Source of the DNA: a virus
Strand: one strand, 5' to 3'
Length of the DNA: 64,000 nt
Virus record (IMG/VR): IMGVR_UViG_3300028394_000041
Coordinates: 32,001-96,000 of that record
Part shown: piece by piece, positions 37,820 to 48,262 of the stretch
How the letters are laid out: each line of letters opens with the position of its first letter
How positions within the stretch are numbered: the stretch's first letter is position 1
The notes under the pieces: model-generated
The model's input: the letters and a program-made list of their open reading frames with translations, nothing else
Databases searched by the model: none
Told to the model about the DNA's origin: nothing
Translations under genes and position numbers: made by a program

Positions 37820-38626
37820 ATGAGCCCAAAGATAAAACTAGAAGAAAATACTACCTCAATAGGCAGTTCGGAATTATTTAAAAATGTATCAATTATTAAC
37901 CCCATTGAGGAGCTAAAAGCTAAGGTGGTTCCACCAAATTTAATAACTAGAAACCAATACGGGCTGGTAGAAGATAGTAACCTCAATTACATCTTCAATG
38001 AAGATGGAACAATAAATTGGCGAAAAATGGTTAAAGTTGAGCATCTTGTACCTAATCGTCAAAAGACTCAAGAAACAGACGTATCAAAACTTCAAGACAG
38101 AGATTTGCTTATCCTATTAGGAGGTATCAAAGAATTAGCTCAAATCCGAGGCTATACTAGCGTTGAATATAAAGTCGTTGCTGCTTCTGAAACTTATTTC
38201 GCAACAAGCTGTAGAATTACATGGCTTCCAAATTATGAAACGGGTGGAAAAGAAGTTATTTTCGAATCATTAGCAGATGCTAGCACAAATAATACAAAAA
38301 GCTTTGCAAGATTTTTCCTCGCAGCAATAGCCGAGAATAGGGCTTTTGTTCGTTGTGTGCGTAACTTCTTGAAGATTAATATTGTTTCTCAAGAAGAATT
38401 AGGAGACGCAAAACTAATTGATGAATCCCCAAGCGTAGAAAACCCTACTTCTCCTCAGAATCTTTTAGAAAAAACAATGAAAGACAAAAATATTTCATTT
38501 GAAATCCTAAAGAAAAAATTGATAAAAGAAAACTTTGAAGGCGCAGATAGTTTAACTTGCATACAAGATATAGCAAAGGTTAAGATTTTTGAATTAATTG
38601 AAAGACTGAAAAAAGTCGAAAAATAA
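37820..38626 (+). CDS. Putative single-strand annealing protein (Rad52/Sak/ERF-like)
   Basis: GGIKELA..RG, three beta strands, ADAS..N, AIAENRAFVRCVR, EEL, then a linker and a small C-terminal helical domain. Confidence 0.6.
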   Translation: MSPKIKLEENTTSIGSSELFKNVSIINPIEELKAKVVPPNLITRNQYGLVEDSNLNYIFNEDGTINWRKMVKVEHLVPNRQKTQETDVSKLQDRDLLILLGGIKELAQIRGYTSVEYKVVAASETYFATSCRITWLPNYETGGKEVIFESLADASTNNTKSFARFFLAAIAENRAFVRCVRNFLKINIVSQEELGDAKLIDESPSVENPTSPQNLLEKTMKDKNISFEILKKKLIKENFEGADSLTCIQDIAKVKIFELIERLKKVEK

Positions 38627-38627
38627 A

Positions 38628-39425
38628 TTAATATAAAGTAAAATAATTTAAATTGAGTTGGCCTTCGCTTGTAGATGAGAAAGAAGCAGATTCTTCTTTC
38701 TTAGTCAAATTATTAAAAGAGAATTGCTGGGCAGATGTCAAATCTGAATATTTTTTAAATTTTAAAGTCAAATTATCTAATTTTGGAGCATTATATATAT
38801 TTGAAATACCGCTAAAATTATATTCATTTAAATTAGCGTTTATATTGAAACTAATTTTTAATGGTAAATTAGGCATAAAATTATCTGGTATATATTTACC
38901 TATTGTATAATTTGGATTTTTTGTACAGTCTATATTTAAGTTGAAACTATTTATAAGAGGCTTATCAACGACCTGGCTATCAAAATAAATATCAACGTAG
39001 TTATAATCATAAGGATCAATATCAAAACCTGTTATACTTAAAATCTCTAATCCTGTTTGGGAAAAAACTTCAGCAAATACTTTAATATTAGCTTTTGCAT
39101 TTATTAACGAGTCTAATTGATAGTTTAAACTGTAATTATTTAATAATCCAGTATTAAAAATAAAATATTTATCATTATAATTGAATTTTCCACTAAAAGG
39201 TGCATTACCAGTGAAATTTAATAAAATATCATTTGCTTCTGGTATGTACTCAATATCTAGATCGGCCTCAATAAATTTAGAATTAATAAAATTAAGATCT
39301 TGATTATTAATGGTTAAAGAGGTTTCTACCTCTGTAGGATATCTTAAATTTAAAGATTGAATACCTTTTATTTGAGTAGTATTTAAAACAAACTTTTGAT
39401 TTTCTTTAGAAGAATAATAGGCCAT
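38628..39425 (-). CDS. Tail tube-like minor protein (paralog of 58431-59576)
   Basis: QIKGIQSLNL vs QLQRIQTVNY; FNLNIDCTKNPNYTIG....NLPLKISFNINA vs YTMSFDLGRTPIEKLG....NFPLTVTLKVDA. Confidence 0.6.
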   Translation of the reverse strand: MAYYSSKENQKFVLNTTQIKGIQSLNLRYPTEVETSLTINNQDLNFINSKFIEADLDIEYIPEANDILLNFTGNAPFSGKFNYNDKYFIFNTGLLNNYSLNYQLDSLINAKANIKVFAEVFSQTGLEILSITGFDIDPYDYNYVDIYFDSQVVDKPLINSFNLNIDCTKNPNYTIGKYIPDNFMPNLPLKISFNINANLNEYNFSGISNIYNAPKLDNLTLKFKKYSDLTSAQQFSFNNLTKKEESASFSSTSEGQLNLNYFTLY

Positions 39426-39434
39426 TTCATATAA

Positions 39435-39456
39435 TTACACGGTTTTTTAAGTGTAA
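39435..39456. promoter_or_regulatory. Back-to-back GTGTAA elements (divergent promoter)
   Basis: TTACAC 39435-39440 and GTGTAA 39451-39456 in the 52-bp gap between divergent tail genes. Confidence 0.7.
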
Positions 39457-39477
39457 ATTACATGAGGTAAAAGGTAT

Positions 39478-40014
39478 ATGGCTAGTATTTACGATACAGT
39501 TTCAAGCTGGGGCTCGGGGCCTACTTATAATAAGTATGATATAGTGAAGGGTAGTGACAATAAATACTATTATTCGATTATAGATTTAAATAACAATCAA
39601 AACCCAACTACAGTAGGAAATCTTCAAGTTGAATGGGATGGATATAAATCAATCAATTCTGTTCTTGTGCCTAACTTTTTTTGGCAACCGTCTTATTCTT
39701 CTTCTATTAAACAAGAGCCTAGAGTCAAAAGAATTAAATTTGGTAATGGATACGAGCAAAGAATTTCTGATTCTATTAATTATAATTTAGTAACTTTTGA
39801 TGTTCAATTCCAACTTAGAACCGAAAAAGAAACTGTAAGTATTTTGCATTTCTTAAATGAAAGAGATACGAAAGAAGCGTTCACTTATAATATGCCTACG
39901 GTTTTATCTAAATCAGTATTTTCTACTAGATTTATTTGTCCTAATTGGAGTTTTGATTATGTTTCATACAATAACTATTCAATAAAATGTTCATTTGAAG
40001 AGGTATCAGCTTAA
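39478..40014 (+). CDS. Distal tail protein, lambda gpM-like, with N-terminal CBM-like module
   Basis: FFWQP.Y.S....PRV..IKFGNGYEQR, AFTY, CSFEEV. Confidence 0.85.
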   Translation: MASIYDTVSSWGSGPTYNKYDIVKGSDNKYYYSIIDLNNNQNPTTVGNLQVEWDGYKSINSVLVPNFFWQPSYSSSIKQEPRVKRIKFGNGYEQRISDSINYNLVTFDVQFQLRTEKETVSILHFLNERDTKEAFTYNMPTVLSKSVFSTRFICPNWSFDYVSYNNYSIKCSFEEVSA

Positions 40015-41957
40015 TGCCTACTAAATCAGAAGTATACTCTCAGATAACTGGCAGTTACTATTCTATAAACTCAGAAATTAGTAGTCTAGAGCCATCTTCT
40101 CTTATTAATTTGTATGAGGTAGATTTAAATTCTGTTTATCCTGTTACGTCTTCAATAACTCAAGATGGTCAACCTCTTAAGAATGGAATATTAAGAATAT
40201 ACAATGACTATAATCTATTTAATCTAATTAGCGATGCTAACGGAAGAGTTTTATGGAAAAATGAATATTACTATCCATTTCCAATATCTGCAGAAGGTTT
40301 TGATTTAACAACTTTAGGCACTAGACCTACGCCTAAAATTTACTTATCTAATAACAATCCAGATAAGTCATCAAATTCTTTTTATAAATACTTAAGAATG
40401 CAAATACAAGATTTAGGTGATTTGGCTGGATGTAAATTTACAAGAATTAAAACATTTTTAAAATATTTAAATGGAAATAATTTTGCAGGAGCATCTAACC
40501 CCTATACAAATGACGTTTCAATATACGAAGTCGAACTGCCAAAAGATATTTACTATATAGATCGAAAAAGCTCAGAAAATCCCATGGTAATAGAATTCTC
40601 TTTAGTTTCCGCATTAGATGTAGAAAATTTAAGTTTACCTAATAGAACAATTTTAGCCAAGAGATGTCCCTATTCATACAGAGGAGAAGGTTGTTTATAT
40701 GAGTATAATAAAAGAACTACTAATATCCATAGTGGAGTTTATGGACAAGTAATTAATTCTCCGATTCAAATAACTTTACCGCTTGAGGCTCCACCTGTTT
40801 CTACAGAAAATGATGAAATGTTTTTAGGAGAAATTTTTACAGGAAATTCTGCAGCACAACAAAGATTTAGTGGAATTTCATATTTTGCGACTGGTACAAC
40901 TAATAACTATTCAGAATGGAGTTTTAGTAATTATACACTTGGAGGCGCAGGTACAGCAGCTGCAGCAGCAGCTATACTTAATGATAATACTCACGCTACA
41001 GTCGGAGCAACATCTCAATCAAATACGATTCCTATAGTCACCCTATCATTACAAAGACCAGCAGAAATAACAAGAGTTAAAATTAGTTCAAACGGAGTAT
41101 TTAGACATAAATATGCATTCGAATATTCTCAAGATAATTCAAATTGGTATGCTGTTCCAGATATTAGTGGATTAGATTCAAACTGGAATCTATCTGGAGT
41201 AGCCGCAGGAACATATGCCATGGATTTTCCTTCTAAAGGATTTAATAAATACTGGAGATTAAAAGGCACGACTCAGACGACTACTAACACTACAGCTCTC
41301 ACAGAATTGAATTTTAGTGGGCAATATAGAATTGGCGACAGCGGAGCTTGGGCTACAGGTTACTCTTATCAAGCTGGGAGTTATACATTTTTTCAAAATA
41401 ATGGAGTTAAATATTATTATGTATGCATACAAGATAACACTGGAAGTATTCAAACATCTTTATACAATCCAAATTACTGGAGATCAGATTCTTGTAGCAA
41501 AAGCATAACTGCTTGTAGGAATAGATGGTTTAAAAATCCAGCGCTAAGACCTGTTATATGGCCAATTCCCAGGAATGGATGGACTTGGGATAGAGCAGTA
41601 TATCATTACGATGTTTTTTGGGGAGAATATGGGGCGACCGTAAAAAGAGGAAAACCAACTACTTCATTTACTGGTTTAAAAAATGAAATATCTATATTTA
41701 ATCAATCTGGATACCATAGAGATGCATATGGACCATCGTACAGAATAGGTAAAATTGCAATTGATCCAGATACTCTTCGCAATATACCTTATTTTCCAGA
41801 AGCTGCAGCGAATAGATTAGATTGCTGGCCAAGAAGACCAGACGCATTAGATCCATTAGCTTCTTTTGCTTGTGGAATTCCAAAAGATTCAAGCGGAAAT
41901 TATTTAAATGGATTTTTACCATTTGGAGGTTTTCCAGGAACAAATCCAAAGGCTTAA
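40014..41957 (+). CDS. Tail tip protein, lambda gpL-like, with inserted discoidin/CBM-like domains
   Basis: INLYEVDL, YPFPISAEGF, YYIDRKSSEN, CPYSYRGEGC, CSKSITAC..RW, LPFGGFPG. Confidence 0.88.
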   Translation: MPTKSEVYSQITGSYYSINSEISSLEPSSLINLYEVDLNSVYPVTSSITQDGQPLKNGILRIYNDYNLFNLISDANGRVLWKNEYYYPFPISAEGFDLTTLGTRPTPKIYLSNNNPDKSSNSFYKYLRMQIQDLGDLAGCKFTRIKTFLKYLNGNNFAGASNPYTNDVSIYEVELPKDIYYIDRKSSENPMVIEFSLVSALDVENLSLPNRTILAKRCPYSYRGEGCLYEYNKRTTNIHSGVYGQVINSPIQITLPLEAPPVSTENDEMFLGEIFTGNSAAQQRFSGISYFATGTTNNYSEWSFSNYTLGGAGTAAAAAAILNDNTHATVGATSQSNTIPIVTLSLQRPAEITRVKISSNGVFRHKYAFEYSQDNSNWYAVPDISGLDSNWNLSGVAAGTYAMDFPSKGFNKYWRLKGTTQTTTNTTALTELNFSGQYRIGDSGAWATGYSYQAGSYTFFQNNGVKYYYVCIQDNTGSIQTSLYNPNYWRSDSCSKSITACRNRWFKNPALRPVIWPIPRNGWTWDRAVYHYDVFWGEYGATVKRGKPTTSFTGLKNEISIFNQSGYHRDAYGPSYRIGKIAIDPDTLRNIPYFPEAAANRLDCWPRRPDALDPLASFACGIPKDSSGNYLNGFLPFGGFPGTNPKA

Positions 41958-41958
41958 A

Positions 41959-42690
41959 ATGATAACAAATAAAATTAAAAAAATTATTAAGCAGGAATCA
42001 TTATCTGCATATCCAAATGAATGCTGTGGGTTTGTAGTAGAAAAAGATAATGAAATCCTAGTCGTTCCTTGTGAAAATATTGCAAAAAATAAATCTAACG
42101 ATTTTATGATTTCAGCAAAAAATTTTTTAGATATTAAAGAGAAATATAATATCTTATGGTTGTATCATAATCATACTAACGTAGAAGACTTTAGCCTATT
42201 AGACAAAAAAACAGCAGATAATCTATCTATAAATTTGCTTTTATATATTAATGAATTAGATGAATTTAAAGTTTTTTATCATAAAGATTTTAAAAGTCTT
42301 AATTACCTATTTGAACCCCATGATGATTATAAAAATAATTGTTTTAATTTAGTAAAAAATTACTTTAAAAATGAATTAAATTTAAATTTGGAAATTGATA
42401 ATGATTTAATTAATAATAAAAATCTTGAGGATCTAAACGTAGAAGAGATAACTTTCAATAATTACGAAGCGAATAATTTATTTATTTTAAGTAATAAAAC
42501 CTCTATTAAAAAGAATGATATTATTTTATTAAAAAATAAAATTAGTGAACATTTGGCTGTATATCTAGGTAGTAATAAAATACTTCATCAGCCCATTCAT
42601 AAAGTATCAATTATTGAAGACTATACGGAGAGATATAAAAAAGAAACAAAAGCTGTATTTAGGAGTAATCTATTATATGACAATTGTTAA
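41959..42690 (+). CDS. Tail assembly protein, lambda gpK-like (JAB/MPN + NlpC/P60)
   Basis: Likely ATG 41959. PNECCGF, YHNHT...S..D, NCFNLV..YF, HLAVYLG..KILH. Confidence 0.88.
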   Translation: MITNKIKKIIKQESLSAYPNECCGFVVEKDNEILVVPCENIAKNKSNDFMISAKNFLDIKEKYNILWLYHNHTNVEDFSLLDKKTADNLSINLLLYINELDEFKVFYHKDFKSLNYLFEPHDDYKNNCFNLVKNYFKNELNLNLEIDNDLINNKNLEDLNVEEITFNNYEANNLFILSNKTSIKKNDIILLKNKISEHLAVYLGSNKILHQPIHKVSIIEDYTERYKKETKAVFRSNLLYDNC

Positions 42691-43423
42691 ATTACATGGC
42701 AAGCTAGCGGAAGAATTTGGTGAAAACTGGAAGTTAGAAGTCAAGAGCGTATCTGAAATTTTAAGAGCAATTGAAGCTAATACAGGTAAATTTAGAAAAT
42801 TTATATTAGAAAATCAATATGAATTTAATTATGAAGTTATGATAAATCATAAGTCTATGTCGTATAATGATGGACCAATAACCTTAGAAAATTACGCGCA
42901 AAGCGATTTATATGTCGAATTTGGCGATGAATTAAAAACTGTTGACATTATACCTATTATCGTAGGTTCAAAACAAGCTATAACTTGGATTGGAGCTGGA
43001 GCAATGTTTGTTGGTGCGTTTATATTTCCTCCAGCAGCTCCATTTTTAATTGCTGGAGGTTTAGCTCTTGCAGCAGCTGGAGTTACTATGATGTTATCTA
43101 AGCCACCGCCTTTGATACCTTATCAAGATCAACAGGCCACAGTAAATAAACAAAGCGCGATTGGTGGTGGTGGAGGTGGAGTAATTTCTTATTTATTTAA
43201 TGGCCCAACTAATACAGTTGGCGAAGGCGGACCAGTTCAAGTAGGATATGGAGAACTTTTAATTGGTTCTCATAACATCTCAACAAATTACGATATTATA
43301 TATTCTGCTAATTATAGAGATATAGAAACTGGAAATTTACTTGAAACAAGCAAAGGATTTCAATATTTATTCAACGAGCATGCAATGTTAATTAACCAAA
43401 GCTCTGTGACAAGCAATTTCTAA
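42677..43423 (+). CDS. Tail assembly protein, lambda gpI-like
   Basis: Likely ATG 42677. VKLHGKLAEEFG, DIIPIIVG, hydrophobic segment, SYLFNGP.NT...G.PV.VGYGE.LIGS. Confidence 0.88.
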   Translation: MTIVKLHGKLAEEFGENWKLEVKSVSEILRAIEANTGKFRKFILENQYEFNYEVMINHKSMSYNDGPITLENYAQSDLYVEFGDELKTVDIIPIIVGSKQAITWIGAGAMFVGAFIFPPAAPFLIAGGLALAAAGVTMMLSKPPPLIPYQDQQATVNKQSAIGGGGGGVISYLFNGPTNTVGEGGPVQVGYGELLIGSHNISTNYDIIYSANYRDIETGNLLETSKGFQYLFNEHAMLINQSSVTSNF

Positions 43424-43424
43424 T

Positions 43425-46400
43425 ATGGCAAATCCAAATAAAATCGTAGAAGGTTTAGAATTTTTAGAATACTCCTCAAATATGAGTTGCAGTTGGGGTG
43501 GTTTAAAATTCCCAGAAAGTACAGCTGCAGATTACATGGGTGGGAGTCATGCTTTATTTTTTAGTGGAAAAGACTACGATGGAAGAGATTTAGATACATA
43601 TAATTTTGGTGGAGGAGGTTTTGGTCCAAGAGGAGTAAGCGGTGCTTACGAGGCTGTAAGTCCAATTTTTGGACTAAACCCCAACTCTTTTCCTGGAGAT
43701 GCTCCAGCAAATCATATTTATACTAATTATGATGGTATGAGTTATGTAAGTGGCGCATGGGACGCTTCAACTCCTGGTGGAGGAGCAGAAAACGCTTGGG
43801 AAAGTGGATTTCAAAGAGTTAGAGGCTTTGATTATATTTGTCTTGGGCATGATAGAAATACTCCAAAATTACATTCAAAATTTGGAATGGGTCTAGACTT
43901 CGCTTCTTTAAATCCATATGTAGCTAGCGCAGGAGGAGCGAGCAGAACTGACGTAGGAATCACTTCGATTACAACAATAAGTACATTAGATATAATTGGA
44001 GAAGGACCAATTGAAGGTCTAGTTACTGGTACATATATATATAATTTAAGTGGAAAGAGGGCGGGAGATATAGGTTATAATAGTGTTAAAGTTCAATCAT
44101 ATTTTACAGGAGATAATGATTTAGCAACGAATCCTATGGTAGGTACGAATAATCCAGAAGCAAGATCTATTTTTTGGAATCAAACGCCATTAGCTAATGA
44201 AAGGGGTTATCTTAACTTTCAATATATTAATTATAGATTCAATAATGGAGAGCCAAGTATTCACACAGTTTCAAACCCTAAAGTATTACTGTACGAAGAT
44301 AGGTTTCATTACGACGGATATCAAGTAGATAAGTTTAAATATCCTATACCAGTTCAAGTTTCTAAACAAATTAATGAAAAATTAAGAGGGGCAAGTGCAT
44401 ATGATGGAGCTAGTTCTGGCGTATATTTTCCAAATAGATATTATATATATAATACAGATGTAGAAGCTTTAAGAATTAATTTCAAAGTTGAAGCTTTGTA
44501 TTGGCAACCAATTACTGGATCAAATGCATCAGAAACTTCTCCACGCACGGTAATGATTCAAATGTATTTATATAGATTATTTAAAGATGGCACAACTGCT
44601 TTCGCTTCAATGGAGAAACTTTCTAATACTGATCCATATTTATTTTCTTCAGATGCATTTCGTATACAAGGCAAAATAAATAATCCAACAATTTTGCATT
44701 ATACATGGTATATCAGATCTCATGCAGATAACGGATTCTTTTTCGAAATCCTACCAAATCAAATTGGGTGGATGATTAGAATTGATAAAGCTGCATACGA
44801 AGATTATAGTACATATGTTAAAAATACAACAGTAATAGAGAGCATCACAGAAGTTTACCACGATAGATTTACTTTTCCAAACACAGCATGCGTATGGACA
44901 AAATATGACGCAAGATATTTTTCGGATGTTCCAGAAAGAAGTTATAGAGCAAAGCTATTAAAAGTCAAGGTGCCAAATAATTATGACCCTATAGCAAAAA
45001 ATTATAATGGGAATTGGGATGGAAGGTTTAAATTAGCATGGACAGATAATCCAGCGTGGTGTTATTATGATCTAATCACTAGCAATAGATATGGACTTGG
45101 AAAGTATCTAGACTCTTCATTAGTAGATAAATGGACATTATATGAAATTTCTAAATATTGCGACACACTTGTTCCAGACGGAAATGGAGGCTTAGAGCCA
45201 AGATTTACATGTAATGTTCTTTTAACCTCTAAAGAAGAAGCTTATAAAGTTCTTGATGATATGGCATCAATTTTCAATGGACTAACTTATTACTCTGCTG
45301 GGCAAATATTCTTGACCCAAGATTCACCTAAAGATCCAATTTATCTATTCAATAATTCGAATGTTATAAATGGAGATTTTACTTATTCAGATAGTTCAAA
45401 AAGATTAAGAAGATCTGTAGCGTTAATAAGATATAACGATTCAACAAATAATTTCAAACCAGCAATTGAATATGTTGAAGATAGACAAAGTTTACAAAAA
45501 TATGGAATCAGAGAAGCAGAAGTTACTGCATTTGGATGCACAAGACCAAATCAAGCAAGAAGATTAGGTAAATGGTTTTTGAAAAGCGAAAATTTAGAAA
45601 CAGAAACAGTAGAATTTAAAGCTGGCCTAGAAGGGCATTTTTTAAAACCAGGAGACGTAATTAATGTTTTTGATCAAAATAGAAAAAATAATATTTACGC
45701 TGGTCGCACTTTAAGTTTAACAACTGGTAGAGCTACGCTGGATTTATCTTCTGATTATTTAAATATTTTAACTGGTCAACAAGCGGGTAATAGAATTAAA
45801 TTATCATTCTTAACTCCATCTTATACTTTAGAAAGAGGCACAGATATAGGAAATTTATATATCACTGGTTTTGACGCTAATTCTTCTGGAATATCTGGCT
45901 TAAATTCTACATTTTTTAGAAATTCTCAAATTCAAACGGTAACTATACAAAATCCAAATAACTATTTTTCTGGAAATAAAAATAGCAATGGATATTCAGG
46001 ATTTATTGATGTTATTCTACCTACCGCATTAAATACTAGTGGTCAATATTTACCTCAAAATACTCCATGGACAATAGAAGTAACTGGATATAATTCGATT
46101 ATAAATGCAAAATCTCAAATTAATAATCCAAGCAGTCTGGTATATCCAGGATATTACTTGGAAGCAACACTAGATAAACCAAAGCCATATAGAATTGTAA
46201 ATATTCAAGAAATTGAAAATAAAATATTTTCAGTAACAGCCTTAGAATATGTATTAGATAAATATAACGATATTGAAACTGGGTCAGCATTAGCTTCTGT
46301 TAATAATAAAAGAGATATTCCATCTACTCCATTTTTAGAAGCTAATATAATATATAGAAATTCTAAGGGAGGGTATGCAGATTCGTCTAATAACATCTTT

Positions 46401-46793
46401 ACGACTTACCAAACAAATGGTATTAATTCTATAAGTTACTTTATAACAGGTGGACCAAACTCTGGATTAGTTTCTAGATATTTAATATATAAGAGTAGCG
46501 GAGCTTTTATAAATGATCCGCCATCTCAATCTCAACTTTTAGCAATTAAAACTAACGATAGTTTAAATAGATCTGGTGTTGCATACAGTGCATTTGGTGG
46601 AGTTGGAACACTAACAACTGGAGCAGTTGATTTACCAGATTTCTTTACTCCTTTAGGAAAAGGAACTTTCTATTTGAGATGTTATGCTGAAAACGCCCTT
46701 GGAGAAACAGCTCCATATGCAGAAAAACTTATAACATTAACGCAGCAAGCTACATTAGCCCAGGAACAATTAGAGGATTATAACGTACAATGA
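43425..46793 (+). CDS. Central tail tip / host-specificity protein, lambda gpJ-like
   Basis: GEGPIEGL, KVKVPNNYDP, WDG.FK.AWTDNPAW..YDL...RYGLG, DG.GGLEPRFTCN, FGCT..QA.R.G.W, PGDVI. Confidence 0.92.
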   Translation: MANPNKIVEGLEFLEYSSNMSCSWGGLKFPESTAADYMGGSHALFFSGKDYDGRDLDTYNFGGGGFGPRGVSGAYEAVSPIFGLNPNSFPGDAPANHIYTNYDGMSYVSGAWDASTPGGGAENAWESGFQRVRGFDYICLGHDRNTPKLHSKFGMGLDFASLNPYVASAGGASRTDVGITSITTISTLDIIGEGPIEGLVTGTYIYNLSGKRAGDIGYNSVKVQSYFTGDNDLATNPMVGTNNPEARSIFWNQTPLANERGYLNFQYINYRFNNGEPSIHTVSNPKVLLYEDRFHYDGYQVDKFKYPIPVQVSKQINEKLRGASAYDGASSGVYFPNRYYIYNTDVEALRINFKVEALYWQPITGSNASETSPRTVMIQMYLYRLFKDGTTAFASMEKLSNTDPYLFSSDAFRIQGKINNPTILHYTWYIRSHADNGFFFEILPNQIGWMIRIDKAAYEDYSTYVKNTTVIESITEVYHDRFTFPNTACVWTKYDARYFSDVPERSYRAKLLKVKVPNNYDPIAKNYNGNWDGRFKLAWTDNPAWCYYDLITSNRYGLGKYLDSSLVDKWTLYEISKYCDTLVPDGNGGLEPRFTCNVLLTSKEEAYKVLDDMASIFNGLTYYSAGQIFLTQDSPKDPIYLFNNSNVINGDFTYSDSSKRLRRSVALIRYNDSTNNFKPAIEYVEDRQSLQKYGIREAEVTAFGCTRPNQARRLGKWFLKSENLETETVEFKAGLEGHFLKPGDVINVFDQNRKNNIYAGRTLSLTTGRATLDLSSDYLNILTGQQAGNRIKLSFLTPSYTLERGTDIGNLYITGFDANSSGISGLNSTFFRNSQIQTVTIQNPNNYFSGNKNSNGYSGFIDVILPTALNTSGQYLPQNTPWTIEVTGYNSIINAKSQINNPSSLVYPGYYLEATLDKPKPYRIVNIQEIENKIFSVTALEYVLDKYNDIETGSALASVNNKRDIPSTPFLEANIIYRNSKGGYADSSNNIFTTYQTNGINSISYFITGGPNSGLVSRYLIYKSSGAFINDPPSQSQLLAIKTNDSLNRSGVAYSAFGGVGTLTTGAVDLPDFFTPLGKGTFYLRCYAENALGETAPYAEKLITLTQQATLAQEQLEDYNVQ

Positions 46794-48262
46794 ACACTTT
46801 AGATCAAATTTCCTCCGCAGAAAATATAAAATTAACTTGGACTAATTCAATTAAAATTTCTCAATTTTTAAAACTAGAAGATGATGTAGATTATGATTCG
46901 CTTATTAAGCCTTACACTATACAAATTTTAAATGAAAATGAAGAAATTCTTAGAGAATATAATAATTTTAAAGATGGAAGAAAAAACACTTCTCTGATTC
47001 ATATAGCAATTCAAAAACCTGCAATTTTAAGAAGAGCTTATATGTTTGCTAATACAAGAAAACAATATAATAAGGTATTAAATACGATGACTTATTCTTT
47101 TGAATTTCCTTTTGAAGAGAATATTAAAAGTTATATTGAAAAAAATAATAAATTAGGATATTATAAAAATTTAAAAATTAAAGTCATATCTGAAGATAAT
47201 GATGACTCAAATGACGTATTAATAAATGTTACTTATAGAGATGTTAACGTAAACGATATAAATGATATTTTTATTAAAATTTTTAGAAATATAGAAAATA
47301 CAGGAATCAAATTAAAATTCAATAAAGAAAAATTTCTTAATAGTAATATTGAAAGTATACTAATCCAACCTTTAGACGACAATTCAAAAGAAAAATTTAA
47401 ATGCATATTCATTGATCAAATAAAAGAAAAATGGCTATCCATAATAGAAAATGAGTCTTCTATTAGTATTCCATTCCCAAATAATTATATCATAAAAAAT
47501 GATTCTCAATTTGATATAAAAGTATACTATTTTAACAAAGCTCAAACGAACATGTTGAATTCATTTAAAAATTTTAACAACAACGAAGAGATAATATTGG
47601 ATATCGCTTTAGAAAACTTTAACCAGCAAATGTTTGATGTGATCGATGTACCCAGCGAAGAAGAAGAATATAAAGTTTATTATCAAAATTTTATATATTT
47701 ATTTAATAGTGAAAGTTACAATAATATAGCTTGGCCTAATGAGTTTACATCAATTAACGGCATAGAATATAAAAAATATTTTCCATTAGCTAAAGATACT
47801 TCAAATAATGAAACATACTTAATTAACAGAGTAATTGTACCAGAGTCTTCTGCCTTAAGCTTAATTCATGACGAAAATTTATCAACAGATTTGATTGGTT
47901 ATAAATTTAAAGATTTAAACGGAAATATCAATTATAATGATATTTCTTCAGATTTAACATATCAGAAGAATACGAATATTAAAAGCATTGAAATTAAGAC
48001 TGTAATAGAAGAAAATGGTCAAACCTCTATATATCTTGAAGCGATCACAGACTTTATGGATACTTCTAATTTCAAAATAATAAATGTAAGCAATAATCTA
48101 TCGTTTATTGAAAGATATTTTACTAGTATTTCTGACCAAAATTATGTTACTCTATTATTTAAATTAAATTATAATTACGCAAATGATACATTTATGGACA
48201 CGCCTAAAAACCAATTATTATTCAATAAAGAGTTTATCTCTTTTGATTTGGATGTTGGATAA
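46790..48262 (+). CDS. Hypothetical protein (N/I/K-rich)
   Basis: 490-aa ORF coupled to gpJ by ATGA overlap; no recognised motif. Confidence 0.65.
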   Translation: MNTLDQISSAENIKLTWTNSIKISQFLKLEDDVDYDSLIKPYTIQILNENEEILREYNNFKDGRKNTSLIHIAIQKPAILRRAYMFANTRKQYNKVLNTMTYSFEFPFEENIKSYIEKNNKLGYYKNLKIKVISEDNDDSNDVLINVTYRDVNVNDINDIFIKIFRNIENTGIKLKFNKEKFLNSNIESILIQPLDDNSKEKFKCIFIDQIKEKWLSIIENESSISIPFPNNYIIKNDSQFDIKVYYFNKAQTNMLNSFKNFNNNEEIILDIALENFNQQMFDVIDVPSEEEEYKVYYQNFIYLFNSESYNNIAWPNEFTSINGIEYKKYFPLAKDTSNNETYLINRVIVPESSALSLIHDENLSTDLIGYKFKDLNGNINYNDISSDLTYQKNTNIKSIEIKTVIEENGQTSIYLEAITDFMDTSNFKIINVSNNLSFIERYFTSISDQNYVTLLFKLNYNYANDTFMDTPKNQLLFNKEFISFDLDVG

